Assembly: GCA_051362555.1 (NCBI GenBank)
Contig: CM120641.1
Coordinates: 40,368,401 to 40,432,400, forward strand
Reading direction: 5' to 3'
From: Lingula anatina
Taxonomy: Eukaryota; Animalia; Brachiopoda
DNA: 64,000 nucleotides
A program made the translations under genes and the position numbers. A model generated the notes under the pieces. That model made no database searches. It was not told where the DNA came from and was given only the letters and a program-made list of their open reading frames with translations. Below, piece after piece: positions 62,807 to 64,000 of this stretch; positions within the stretch are counted from its first letter, which is position 1; each line of letters begins with the position of its first letter.

Positions 62807-64000
62807 CTGGAAACAGCCATGATCATAAAATTAGGAATAACATCCAAGAACTGAGCCAGATGATTTCATACACGGTTTCAATAAATCTTAAGAAGTGGAC
62901 AACTGTCCACTATAACAATAGATTTATGATTTATTAATGATATTTAAAATAACAGACCTCCAAGTTAAACAACAGAAGTAGGATTAGCAACATGTCTCCA
63001 GATTGATTTGTATTGATGCATCAGGTGAATATACACTTCCAAGGTAATGAGATATCTTAGGCTTTTGTGAAATAAATTAATTGGAGTCCCAGAGTAATTG
63101 ATATTGTCTCTGGGAATACTTCAGCAAAAAATCAATCTTAGGCTGCTGGGATTTCATAAACAATGTTTCTCAAAAATATGACTTGTAATTTTCTGGTCAT
63201 GTCATCACTTTAACTACATTTTCATTACCAATGTTTATTCAAATCTTTCTTCCTAAGAAATCTTAAAGAGGATAACTTTGTGAACATGGTCTAACATCAT
63301 TCAAATCAACCTGTGCAGAAAACTGTGAGGTGACCATGATGATTTTATCACATGATAGTTTTCGATGTGAACACATACACTAAAACTGTGATGTAAATGC
63401 ATCAAATCAATATTTGTTTACTGTAGATAGATATCATATATAGTCTCAATTTCTTAGGTTTCAGTTTCAAAATACCTTAAAGCCTGGTTATAAACACTTT
63501 GACATAAGTCTACAAATACCACCTGCTATAATTAAACATCTAATAGTGAATTTTTGCATCTGTCAGAAAGTAAGCCAACAAAATTCTGAGGCTGCAGCAA
63601 TTATATTTTTTTACAATGCGCTTATAGAGTTAGCATGCTTAAAAACTTATTCACTAGGCAATTGCTTTAGTTTGAAATGTAAAAATTACTAGAAAGATCA
63701 ATACTGGTAAATTCTTCAAATGATAAGAAAATAAAATATCCACAATCATAACCATAAACCAATGTAAATGAAGCATTTATTTCAATTAAAGCCAATCTTT
63801 AGGAATGTTTAAAGAGCACAGTTTAACATGGATTTAATTCACAAAATTCACAAAAAATGTCATAAATAATAGTTAAATGATTAAAAACATTTAGTGATAA
63901 AAGAACTGAAATCAAGTATAATTCAACAAGGGGTAGGGTGACACACATAGACAAGAGAACAGAAACAGCTCAATAGTTGCCAGAATTACATCCATGCACA

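Overview
AT-rich genomic DNA from an animal (spliceosomal introns, microsatellites, tRNA-SINE and Helentron-type repeats suggest an invertebrate, plausibly a mollusc or other lophotrochozoan; the taxon is inference). Three protein-coding genes can be assembled by hand with consistent splice phases. (1) A minus-strand M13 zinc metallopeptidase of the neprilysin/endothelin-converting enzyme family: 16 core exons at 1916-9846, one probable GC-AG intron, and four separate candidate first coding exons (16502-16637, 19428-19548, 20854-20872, 24440-24548) that each splice in frame to the transmembrane exon. (2) A plus-strand three-exon Star-like/FkbM-fold type II membrane protein (28310-29993) whose methyltransferase motifs are degenerate. 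(3) A large minus-strand coiled-coil protein of unknown function: at least 37 exons and about 1800 aa at 31789-62806, with its 5' end outside the window. The peptidase's 5' introns carry two complete non-autonomous Helentron-type (HINE/DINE-like) elements. One holds a 146-bp satellite with a 4-unit higher-order repeat and a perfect AGGTCAAAGGTCA DR1 motif in every unit, a nested palindromic MITE and an 817-bp tandem duplication. Several other MITEs (one nested, with its empty site visible in the window), a Kolobok-like element and a tRNA-derived SINE are also present. No prokaryotic features, CRISPR arrays, rRNA or intact transposase ORFs were seen.
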